Shown in pieces: positions 41,131-51,690 of a stretch of 64,000 nucleotides of DNA (within the stretch, counting starts at the first letter, position 1; each line of letters begins with the position of its first letter). The position numbers were made by a program, and so were the translations under genes. The stretch is from positions 127,875 to 191,874 of the forward strand of contig MCFH01000080.1 of assembly GCA_002104945.1 (NCBI GenBank), written 5' to 3'. Source of the stretch: Piromyces finnis finn (taxonomy: Eukaryota > Fungi > Neocallimastigomycota). Below the pieces are notes generated by a model. It saw only the letters and a program-made list of their open reading frames with translations. It was not told where the DNA came from and searched no databases.

Positions 41131-44100
41131 ATGTCAGTCCTTTATATTAAAGATAAGAATTATATCAGACGTGGTACCCGGTCTTATGGTATCCCCTTAG
41201 ATGATATTCGCTCCTTCTTTATCCGTGGTATTCGATCATGGTCAGTAAATATGCTATGGGAAAAACTCGAGGTTATTCTAGAAGATAAATTTAATTCAGT
41301 TATTAGTGTTAAATATTTTCAAACTTTCAATGATCACTTTTTCTTAGTCAAGGTTCATGGTTCATCAAAAGATTGTATTAAAATCTTACACATGTTAAAG
41401 AAGAAACTTTCAGTTACCTCAATTTCCTTTTCAGCTCGTAGTAGAAGGAATCACAAATACACTTTTTCCACTCTCAAACGTAAAATTTTAGTTTCTAATA
41501 AACATCAACATTCTATTCAACAATCATTTCAACAATCAGTTCAACAATCAGTTCAACAATCTCATCAACAATCCGATCTTCAACAAGATCTTCAACAGGA
41601 TCTTCAACAAGTTTCCCATCATGAAAATATTCCAGATCTACAGCAAACACAATTTCAATCTCAACATTCAACAATTAATTCTAATAGTTCTATCAACTCT
41701 GATAACAGTTCAATAGTTGATAGTTCTTCAGTTTCACAGCCATCTAGTAATAGTTCTACTTATTCCTCTGATGCATCATCCATTAATAACGATGACTTTA
41801 ATAATAATAATAATAGCAACGATTCTTCCTCATCCAACAAGCCTGATAACTTTTCTTTTTGTCTTAGTTGGAACACCAATGGGTGGAATCATGAAAAGAG
41901 AGATAGTATTAGCTATTTCACAGCTATTTTCAAACCATTATTCTTATGTTTCCAAGAAACTGGTAATGGTTCTGGATCGAATACAGATTATCCTTGTCGT
42001 GTTACTTTGCGAAACTATAGACACTTTTTCAAGAAAGCTGACGAATCAGTTCCGGGAATGAGAGGTTTATATTTAGGTTTTCACAATTCGTGTCAAGCCT
42101 CACTTGAAAACTTCTCTGGAAAGTATATTATTTCTATTTATACTTTTAGTCTCTGGAATAGATTCAAATGCTCGATTGGAAATGTTTATATGCCTCATAG
42201 TCATCACAACATCTATGTTGATCATGCAAAGTTAGAAGTTCGCTTGTGGTTACAAACTCATTCATCCCATCCATCGATTCTTGTTGGTGATTTTAATATG
42301 TCTAAAGTAAAATTATCCAACTGGTTATCAACTAATGGATTAGGAGATTGGGAAATTCTTCCGCTTAGAGGGTCTACTATCTCTTGGACTCGAGGTGATC
42401 AATCTTCCGACATTGACCATGCTCTTATCAATTCGAAGATGAAAGATCTTATTCACTCAGGATCATTTATAAATAATTTTTATCCTGTATCAGACCATAA
42501 GCCACTTCTTATTAATGGTAAAATTATTCCTATGGAAGATTTTTCTAATGACTTTAATGTTCCTAAGAAAATTCTGAAATGGAATAGATTAAAATGTATT
42601 GAGGAAAAGGAATCTATTATCAGTCATAATAAATTCCAAATTCTTTCAGCAAAATTCAACGATCCTAATGTTTCTACAGATGAACTTTCCAAAGAGTTTA
42701 CTTCAACTGCTTTTTCAATTGCAGACGAGCTCAGTATTACTTCAGCAAATAATGTTATAAAGTCTTCATTTCATATTTCACAACAAATTTTTAATCTCCA
42801 AAAAATCAAAATGAAGTTGTATAAGAGATTTAAAAAAGAAAGAATTTATGATATAGATGAATTTATTAAAAGAATTAAAATCTACCGTAAGCTCATTGAT
42901 TACATCCACAAAAGATGTAATGAATTTAGGAAACAAGAATATCTTCATTGGATTAAAACAGGATGTGAGTATATGAAGAGTCATAATCCTAAGAAGGCCT
43001 GGAAATGGATCAAGAAAACTGCAAAAATTGGAAAAGATTCTTTCTTTATTGCTCAACCAATTAAAAATAAAAATGGAGAATTAGTTGTTGCTACGGAAGA
43101 ACAACTAGATGTGTGGCATGATCATTTCGAAAAGCTTGCATCAGATCCAAGTGGTGTAAGTCTTGATTTGGAGCATTGGTATGAAGAACCAACGAATAAA
43201 CGTTTTTCACTCCCTATGCTTGATGAATGGGATATCAACCAAGATATTAGTATTGATGAAGTCAAGTCAGCTATCCTCTCTACTCCGAATTATAAAGCAT
43301 CAGGTCCGGATGGTATTCCAATTGAATTTTACAAAGCATTAATTCCATCAAGTAATGATTCTAATAATGCTACAGATAATAATTCTTCCGGTAATACCAC
43401 TTCAGATAATGATGCTTATGGTTTAAATTTTATTCTTAAATTATTCAACCGTACTTGGAATGGAGATTTCCCCAACTCATGGAATGAATCCAGTATTGTT
43501 TCTATTCCTAAGAAGGGAGATTTGACAGATTGTGATAACTATCGAGGTATATCACTTATCAATAATGGTATTAAGTTGATTTCCAAAATTGTCACCACTA
43601 GAATCTCAGAATATGGTCTAAAGAATAATTTCATTAGACCTGAACAATTTGGTTTTCGAAAAAAGGAAGAAAGTATCAGTCTTTTCATTTCAATCCAAGA
43701 AATATGCCGTAGACGTCAATTAGATAATAAAGAGACATATTTGGCCTTTTTAGATCTCAGGAAAGCATACGATTCAGTCCCAATCGGTAATATTCTCCAT
43801 AAATTAGATTGTTTAGGAATCCGAGGTAAGAGTTTACAATTCATCAAAAATTTATATTTAACATCTAAGGCTAATGTCAAATTAGATGGACAATTCTCGA
43901 AATCTTTTGATGTGAAGAAAGGAGTCCGTCAAGGATGCCCTCTTTCTCCTATTCTCTTTAATCTCTTTATTAATGATATATTTAAAGAGTGTGAAGATCT
44001 CGGAGTCAGTTTAGGTGACACTCGATGCTGTGGTGGACTTTTTGCAGATGATATAGTTATTTGTGCTCCAACAAGAGGATGCTTAAAAAAGATGCTTAGA

Positions 44101-45666
44101 AGAGTTAATGAATGGGCATTGTATAATGAAATGGAATTTGGTATCCAGAAGTGTTCAACGATGGTGATTCGTCCTGAATCAATAGAAAATCAGAACAAGA
44201 GAGATCCAACATTTTACTTAGCAGGACAACCCATTCCAACTACTGATTGTTATACTTATCTTGGTGTTCCATTTGATAAGAATCTGTCCCTTAAACCAGT
44301 TATTAAAGCTCTTAATAACAAGGTTTTGAAAGGGCTTTTTTCAGTCAGTAAATTCTTAAGAAATCCTAATATTCCTATTCCCTTCAAAAAGCTAGTACTT
44401 AACTCACAAGTGATTAGCAGAGTTTCATACTTTGCACCATTACTTGGATCCAACAAAGCCAGGTCTAGAATTGCACAGAAGCATGTTAACAAAGGAATAC
44501 GATGGGTTGCCGGAGTTCATAAAGCTGTATCGTTTATATCTTTATACTCTATCTCAAAAGATTTGAATATTCCTCCATTGTCAGCCAAATGTGCATTAGC
44601 TCAGGTTAGATGTTTTAACAAATGGAAAAACTCAAATTGTATTATCTCACACCTTGTCAATTACATTCCTAAATTTAGAAAATACACGTGGTGCAAATCA
44701 AGTAGGACACTTGATAAAAAACTAAAGAAGCATGGAGATGTTAAAGCAATTAAAAACTTTTATTGGAAAGATCTCAAAGGGAATTCAATCAAAGCGCAAT
44801 ATTATGATGATAATAAATTTATTGAAACTAAAGATTTTATTAAATTATGTTATGAGTACCCAGAGTTTGCCTATGGCTTCTACTGGCTATTGAAAGCAAG
44901 AAGCGGATACAAGTTGGATGCTAGAGTTGCCAAAGCTGCTAAATTTGTTGATCCAGTTTGTCCTAACTACTGTCCATGTTGCAAGTGTGGAGATCAAAGT
45001 ATTAAACATTGGTTATTAGATTGTCCAACATTTAGAGATATCCGTATTAAACATTATGATTCTATAGTCCAGCTATTAAATTTTTTCAGTCAACGTAATT
45101 CCAATAGTCCTATCAATAATAATGAAATTGATAATATCAGTAGAGATAGTAATAACATTAATAGTAATAGTAACAATAGTAATAATAACAATAGTAATAG
45201 TAACAATAGTAATAGTAACAATAGTAATAATAACAATAATAGAAATAATAATATTAGTAATGATAGCAATAGTGAAGATAATAATTCTAATTTAGATAGT
45301 AATTTAGTTAATGATAGTAATAGTTCTAATAATCCGGTGAATATTAATGTGTATGATTATTCTAGTGTGTGCAGTGAAATATTTAAATTCCTTCTTGGGG
45401 GAAAAAGTTTTAACAATATTAATTACAATTCCAGGGAATGGAAAGAACTTTGTAAGCGTCAGATTCAATCTGGTACTAACGAAGGAACACCATTCTTGAC
45501 GGTAACCGCGGAACTTCTAACCAAAATCATGCCTTTTGCTATTGGCCAGCAATGGTCAATGTTCAAAAGGTTTGAAGCAACATCCAAGAGCGTCAATGCT
45601 GAAGAAACAGTAAGACAGGCCAGGAGGGCCAGCGCAACCAATGGAGATCATAATTTTGTTCCATGA
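41131..45666 (+). CDS. LINE polyprotein: N-terminal domain, APE endonuclease, reverse transcriptase, CCHC motif
   Basis: APE motifs SWNTNG, FQET, GNVYMP, LVGDFNM, SDIDH and SDHKP. RT motifs KASGPDGIP, NYRGISL, QFGFR, FLDLRKAYDSV, GVRQGCPLSPILF, LFADD and YTYLG. Zn motif CPCCKCGDQSIKHWLLDC. Confidence 0.96.
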   Translation: MSVLYIKDKNYIRRGTRSYGIPLDDIRSFFIRGIRSWSVNMLWEKLEVILEDKFNSVISVKYFQTFNDHFFLVKVHGSSKDCIKILHMLKKKLSVTSISFSARSRRNHKYTFSTLKRKILVSNKHQHSIQQSFQQSVQQSVQQSHQQSDLQQDLQQDLQQVSHHENIPDLQQTQFQSQHSTINSNSSINSDNSSIVDSSSVSQPSSNSSTYSSDASSINNDDFNNNNNSNDSSSSNKPDNFSFCLSWNTNGWNHEKRDSISYFTAIFKPLFLCFQETGNGSGSNTDYPCRVTLRNYRHFFKKADESVPGMRGLYLGFHNSCQASLENFSGKYIISIYTFSLWNRFKCSIGNVYMPHSHHNIYVDHAKLEVRLWLQTHSSHPSILVGDFNMSKVKLSNWLSTNGLGDWEILPLRGSTISWTRGDQSSDIDHALINSKMKDLIHSGSFINNFYPVSDHKPLLINGKIIPMEDFSNDFNVPKKILKWNRLKCIEEKESIISHNKFQILSAKFNDPNVSTDELSKEFTSTAFSIADELSITSANNVIKSSFHISQQIFNLQKIKMKLYKRFKKERIYDIDEFIKRIKIYRKLIDYIHKRCNEFRKQEYLHWIKTGCEYMKSHNPKKAWKWIKKTAKIGKDSFFIAQPIKNKNGELVVATEEQLDVWHDHFEKLASDPSGVSLDLEHWYEEPTNKRFSLPMLDEWDINQDISIDEVKSAILSTPNYKASGPDGIPIEFYKALIPSSNDSNNATDNNSSGNTTSDNDAYGLNFILKLFNRTWNGDFPNSWNESSIVSIPKKGDLTDCDNYRGISLINNGIKLISKIVTTRISEYGLKNNFIRPEQFGFRKKEESISLFISIQEICRRRQLDNKETYLAFLDLRKAYDSVPIGNILHKLDCLGIRGKSLQFIKNLYLTSKANVKLDGQFSKSFDVKKGVRQGCPLSPILFNLFINDIFKECEDLGVSLGDTRCCGGLFADDIVICAPTRGCLKKMLRRVNEWALYNEMEFGIQKCSTMVIRPESIENQNKRDPTFYLAGQPIPTTDCYTYLGVPFDKNLSLKPVIKALNNKVLKGLFSVSKFLRNPNIPIPFKKLVLNSQVISRVSYFAPLLGSNKARSRIAQKHVNKGIRWVAGVHKAVSFISLYSISKDLNIPPLSAKCALAQVRCFNKWKNSNCIISHLVNYIPKFRKYTWCKSSRTLDKKLKKHGDVKAIKNFYWKDLKGNSIKAQYYDDNKFIETKDFIKLCYEYPEFAYGFYWLLKARSGYKLDARVAKAAKFVDPVCPNYCPCCKCGDQSIKHWLLDCPTFRDIRIKHYDSIVQLLNFFSQRNSNSPINNNEIDNISRDSNNINSNSNNSNNNNSNSNNSNSNNSNNNNNRNNNISNDSNSEDNNSNLDSNLVNDSNSSNNPVNINVYDYSSVCSEIFKFLLGGKSFNNINYNSREWKELCKRQIQSGTNEGTPFLTVTAELLTKIMPFAIGQQWSMFKRFEATSKSVNAEETVRQARRASATNGDHNFVP

Positions 45667-45901
45667 TAAAATTTCGATCTTTGGCTCGGTGTCCCATTGG
45701 AAGTCAAATACAATTATTATACTTTAGTATGATAGTGGCTTTCTTACTTTAATTAAAATTACTAGAATACATTATACCCAATTTTTATTCATTTGTGTTT
45801 ATTTAAACATATTTTTTTTATTTTTATTTTATTTTAATTTTTATATTTCATGTATTATAATTTTAATTAAATTAATAATAAAGTTTAAAATATTTGATGC
45901 C

Positions 45902-45946
<45 letters not shown>

Positions 45947-45948
<2 letters not shown>

Positions 45949-46185
45949 ACTCATGCTCATGGTACTGAGAGAGTAGAAAGAATTAAATCCAAGTATTGCG
46001 CAATGGATGCTTCCCTCTTGGGTACGTGCCTTCATTTATTTAATAAATGTAGTTTCTCAAGGGGGTCTACTCATGCTCATGGTACTGAGAGAGTAGGAAG
46101 AATTAAATCCAAGTATTGCGCAATGGATACTTGGTTAGTCTTTATTTGGAAATATTATTAGGACTAAGCTCATGGTACTGAGCGA
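45947..46185 (+). repeat. Second copy of the structured array: half unit 45947-46012, full unit 46013-46135, terminal module to 46185
   Basis: Directly follows the poly(A) of element 1 and has the same sequence as 40295-40535 with a few substitutions and a different loop in the terminal module. Confidence 0.9.
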
Positions 46186-49100
46186 ACAGAGTTGATAATT
46201 TGAGTGTTAGTTGTTATATCATATATCCCTTACACCTTCAACTTATTTTTTAGATAGTAGTTGCTTTAACAACTTTTATAACATATTATTTTAAACTTAA
46301 AATTGTTTGATTCGGTAGTATTAAATACTGATTTTGAATATTTCTTGATTTCATTTTTATTTTAGCTTTCATCGATAATTTGTTATCCCAGTTTACTACT
46401 TATTCTCTTTGTTCTTTTATTCCTTTTTTATTCTTTATATGTTGATTAGTCAGATAGTTTTGTTTTTTCAGTTAGTTTGTTATTCCTTTCATTTATTCTT
46501 GAGTTTCGTGTGGGGTGCGGCTTTCATTACTATAATCATATTTAATCTTTTATTTTTTTTTCTATTTTTATTATTTTCGAGGGGCGCGGCTTTTTTATTT
46601 TTCCTTTATGATTTTATATGATTCTAGTAATATCTTTTTTTATTTCTTATTTTTTTTGTAACTCTAGATTTTCCAAGGAATCTCTTTTCTACTAACATTC
46701 TTTTGTATACTTTTTCTATCTCTTTTCTATATATATATATATTTCTTATACCTTATATTATATGTATATTTATATATCTGTATAACTTAATTAGGTTTAT
46801 TATGGACTATTATGGTAAGTATTAACACCTTTTTTTTCTTTAACATTTTTATTATCAAAGCTTCTATCCTGGAAAATCGAGTATTCTATTTTTATATTGT
46901 AAATACTACTCTTGTTTCAATTTTATCTTTTAAAAAAAAAAAAAAATTTATTATGTTTACCCAAAATTCTTCAACTTTTTTTCCATTATTTTTGATATAA
47001 CAACTTTTCACTCTTATTATCTCTCTACCTTACAACATAAACAACCCAAATGAATGTTCAATTTCAACAATCAGAATCAACACAATACAATAATCATCCA
47101 ATAAATTATACAATTCTTATAAATATAAAGAGCTTTCAAAATACAGTTATAATACAGAAATCCAAAGTGATAGATATTCAAAATTTATCTTCCCGTTTAA
47201 AGTCTTCAGTAGAGTTGGAACTAAGTTTGTCAACAACTTAGCCACTTTTCCAGTTATAAAATTTAAAATATTGTTTGACAAATAATCCACTAGCTATATA
47301 ATATATCCGTCTTTATTATTATTATTTTTATTTTACTATTTATTTTATTTCATTATCTTATTTATATTATTATATCAATACTTCAAATTATTAATATCTA
47401 TTGTCATAATAAGTTCTTTCAAAATGAACAATACCAATTGTACTGTACCTACCTTACGACGTGGTCTTCGTTTCTTCGGATCTAACTCCAATAAATCATA
47501 TCTAATTTTTATCCATGATCTTAGTTCATGGTCCAAACAACGACTAATGGAATTTCTTTTAAAGACATTCAACCCTTCAATGATATTCTTCAATCCCTCA
47601 CCAAAAAATATTCACAATCACTCGGTACCTATTTCATTCTAAAAGTCAATGGAAAATGCCCGCTTAAAGCCATGTTACTTATACACTCACTTTCTAAAAA
47701 ACTCCCAATCTCTAGTAAAATATCTTGGAAATTCATTGATAAGCTCAAAAACAATAGATCATACAAAAGCAAACGATCTATCAAATCCACTACTGGTCCA
47801 CTCTCTGACGATTTCTATTTTAGTCATCTAAGCTCTAATGCTTCCTTTTTCAACTTATGTACTTGTTGGAACATCAATGGTTGGAACCCGGAGAAAAAGG
47901 ACGGTGTTTTATACTTCGTCTCTGTTTTCAAACCTGTATGTGTCTGTCTTCAAGAAGTAGGTAACAGCCAATTCCTCTCTGGTAATGCAATTTCCTCCCC
48001 ATGCCTACCGAACTATAAACCAGTACACAGACGTGCTAATCCTAAAGTTCCAGGTATGAGAGGACTTTACATTGGTGTTCATAACTCTTGTTCCTTTACT
48101 CCTGAACCTCTTCTATATAAGTACATCATTTCAGTTACAATACTGTCATTTTGGAACCAGAGATGTACCATCGGTAATATTTACTTCCCGCAAACTAGAT
48201 GGCCGGATGCTAGATTAATTGCCTTTGATGAACTTGATAAGTGGTTAACAACGCATAACAAATTCAACCACCCAGCTATCCTTGTAGGAGACTTTAATAT
48301 GTCAGCTATTAAAATCAAATCTTATATATCACAACACTTCCCGGATTGGACTATGGCTGAGTTAACTGGTAATAATTTTACCTGGGAAAAAGGATCTAAA
48401 TCTTCATGCATTGATCATATTATATACAACAAAGCTATGACAGAACACATAAACAAATCTTCAGTATGCGAAGTTTTTCACAATGTTTCTGATCACAAAC
48501 CGATCCTTGTGTCTTGTAAAAAAGACTCTTCTGATGGTTTCAAAAAGCCTAAGAAGACCTTTAAGTGGTCAAGTCATATCTGTAACACAAAGTGTTCTGA
48601 CATTCTTACTAGTAATCGCTTTGCTGTTCTAGCTTCCGAGCTTGAAGCTAATTGCGATAGCCTTTCGGCTGACGATATGGTTTCAAAATTTTTAGATACT
48701 TCCAAAACTATAAGTAAAGAAATAAAAGCCATTGTGCCTGCAGATTTAAAAGGTCCAGCATTCCATTGCCCTCAATACATCAAAAACTTATCACATGAAA
48801 AACACCTGGCTTACAAAAATATTAAGCCCCTTTCAGATTGCGCTGACATGGAAAATTATCTTAACCAGTTCTCCATATACCAAAATCTATGTAATACCAT
48901 CAAAAAGGGTTAAGAGTAAATTCAGATCCAATCTCTATAAAGCTAATATTGTTTAGTTTCTATCGGTAAACATTTTATTGATAAAAGCTTTAGACAAGGT
49001 TGGAAAGGCCTTAAAAAACTTGCCAAACCAAGTTATTCGTCCTCCCATGTTTCAACTATTAAGGACAAGAATGGCAAGGATTTATTTACTCCTCAAGAAC

Positions 49101-49612
49101 AATTAAAACGTTGGGCTGAACATTATGAAAATCTTGCATCTGATGTTACAAATCACAGCTTAAATCGTGGTTACTGGGAAAGAGCCTTCCAATTCAACCA
49201 TATCAATCAAATAGCATGGGATATAAATGGTCCCATTTCTATTGAGGAAATTAGAAATGTTGTTCTGTCAATGAAGAATAACAAGGCTCCAGGTCCCGAT
49301 GGTATCCCAATTGAATTTTTCAAAGCTTTCTTTTGTAACGAAGAACTGGAGAAAGAACATAAGTCTGCTGGAAATTGTCTTAAATTAATTTTTAATAAAA
49401 TCTGGAATGGTTCCTTTCCTTTGAAATGGAACTCTGCTTCCATTGTTTCTATTCCAAAGAAAGGCGATCTTTCAGACTGTAATAATTATCGTGGTATTTC
49501 TCTCATCAATGTAGGTCTTAAAATTATTTCAAAAATTGTAACTAATAGAATTTCAAAGTATGCTCTTTCTCATAATTTTATAAGACCTGAGCAATTTGGT
49601 TTTCGCAATTAA

Positions 49613-49804
49613 TTCAACAATCTCATCAACATTTAGATCAAATACAGAGTATCCTTGTCGTGTTACCTTACGAAACTATAGACATAAAAATTTACAATTC
49701 ATCAAAAATTTGTATTTAACATAAGGCTAATGTCAAATTAGATGGACAATTCTCGAAATCTTTTAATAAAGTTTAAAAATATTTGATGCTGTTAAAAAAA
49801 AAAA
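49613..49804 (+). mobile_element. 192-bp non-autonomous mosaic derivative of the element-1 family, with an A11 tail
   Basis: Four collinear pieces matching element 1 at 41552-41570, 41975-42023, 43833-43908 and 45877-45904, followed by poly(A). Confidence 0.85.
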
Positions 49805-50313
49805 TACTTCATATGTAGAGGATCTCGCGGCTTTTCTTACTAAAACAATCCCTATCATTAGTAGCTCAATGGAGCTTCTTTTTAATAGATTTAGTAAGAT
49901 ATCTAGTGTAATAAAGAGCGCCGACGTCCTATCGATATGGCAAAGGAACATTCTTAATATTCAATAGACAGGGTTCAATGCTAGTATTTCTTCGAATGAA
50001 AACATTTTGAGCTCATGGGAGAGCTTAGTGAACACCACACTATCATACCTGATATTACTTCCCTTTTTTATTTCATTAGGTAGGGACCAATCCTACACAG
50101 TACGAATTGCAGAGTTCATTGAACTTTTATGTAACTTTAATAATTATTTTATTTTATTTTATATTTATATTTATACATATATTATTATTATATTATTATA
50201 TCAATATGTATTATTATCTAATATAATCACAAATTAAATAAATAAATACAAGAAGTATATTCTCTTCCTAATCTAAAAAAAATACTAAAGAAACAGTATG
50301 ATAAGTTGGTAGA

Positions 50314-50527
50314 ATTATACTTTCGTATAATAGTGGCTTTCTCACTTTAACTAAAGTTACTACAATATTCAATTTTTATTCATTTGTGTTTATTTAAACT
50401 TTTTTTTTTTTTAATTTTTATTTTTTTTATTTTTATTTTTATTTTTTATAGCATGTATTATAATTTTAATTAAATTAATAATAAAGTTTAGTAATATTTG
50501 ATGCTGTTAAAAAAAAAAAAAAAAAAA
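50314..50527 (+). mobile_element. 3'-terminal segment of the element-1 family with AATAAA and an A19 tail
   Basis: Aligns with 45716-45946 (ATTATACTTT..AGTGGCTTTC..ATTCATTTGTGTTTATTTAAAC..AATAAAGTTTA..TATTTGATGCTGTT-An). Confidence 0.85.
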
Positions 50528-51647
50528 GGTAAGTAGAATCAAAGTAGCCAATGTAATTATAACTTTGTTCCATAATAAAAACTGGATTTTATTTAAAGTC
50601 ATAAACAATCACTACAGCTAATATTGTACTCAAGTATAATGACTTTTTTATATAAATTACTAAAATAATTAAATCAAATTTTTATTTATTTATATTTAAT
50701 GGTGTGTCTTAATTACAAATTTAATATAATAAGTAATCTATAATTTTTATTGCAAATAAAACTATTTATTTTCACTATTTTGCCTAGGAATTGAAGGATT
50801 ACAAATATTATTTATAAAGATTTTATTACAAATATTAAATTTATATATTATTTTTAAATTTATCAAATAAAAAAAGTATTCGTTTTAATATTTTTTAAAA
50901 TATTATAAACATTAATATTATTATATATATTTTAAAAAATCAATTTAAAGTTTTGCCTTTGTAAATTAAATATTAAGAAAAAAAAAAAAAAAAATTAATT
51001 ATCTTATTTCATAACCCTTAGTATAAGAAGGTTAGAATAATATAATATTTTTTCAATTGTTAAATTTATGGAATTATTTAAGTTTACATTTTTTTATCCA
51101 ACAAAAACATTGATTATATATTAATGCATGTGATCTATTTGAAATTTTGATCTTGAATTATCCACTTTTTTATTGTCCAACAAAAATTAATATGCCATGT
51201 GTATTAATTTGTATTTATTATAAATAATAATATTTAAGGAAAAATAAAACAAAAAATTGAAACATTTAATATAATATCGAGTTTTATTTTTTTTTAAAAA
51301 ATACCATTTTAATAAAAATAATTATAGCATTTATAATTTTGAGTTTAATAGAAAGTAATCCTTGCTATTTTAGTTTTATATATTTTGTAATTATTATGGA
51401 AATATGATAGTTTTTTTTTATTAATAAAATTATAGTTTTAATATTATTATACCCAAATCATACATATTTAAATTTTCTATTTGTTTTTAACATCATTGCT
51501 TAAATTAAAATTTAGAAATCTGGGCATAGTTATTTTTATTAGCATTTTTATGTCATTAATAATAAAGATAGTGACAATAAAAAGAGAAATTAATATTATT
51601 TTAATACCACATTAAAAATAGTATATTGGAAATTTATAAAATTGTCA

Positions 51648-51690
<43 letters not shown>

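Larger units (their letters stand above)
40238..45946 (+). mobile_element. Full-length non-LTR retrotransposon (element 1): structured 5' repeats, ~0.9-kb leader, single ORF, 3' UTR, AATAAA, A42 tail
   Basis: Intact 1511-aa ORF, AATAAA at 45877-45882 and poly(A) at 45905-45946. The true 5' end may be 40238 or 40295. Confidence 0.92.
45947..50250 (+). mobile_element. Second, divergent non-LTR retrotransposon (element 2), disrupted; 3' boundary uncertain (may extend to 50527)
   Basis: ORF starts near 47424 (LRRGLRFFG..SWSKQRL, homologous to element 1 IRRGTRSYG..SWSVNML), with frameshifts near 47575 and 48905-48960. APE motifs (TCWNING, LQEV, GDFNM, CIDH, SDHKP) and the RT start (KAPGPDGIP, NYRGISL, PEQFGFR) are present. 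It is broken at ~49610, and the C-terminus resumes at 49806-49967. Confidence 0.85.

Noticed and set aside
41717-44492. Small overlapping ORFs inside element 1 (41717+, 42778-, 44256-)
   Set aside because: Off-frame or antisense shadows without motifs.
40190-50545. Target-site duplication around the LINE stack
   Set aside because: The flanks (AAGAAAAAGTAT before, GGTAAGTAGAATC after) share no convincing direct repeat.
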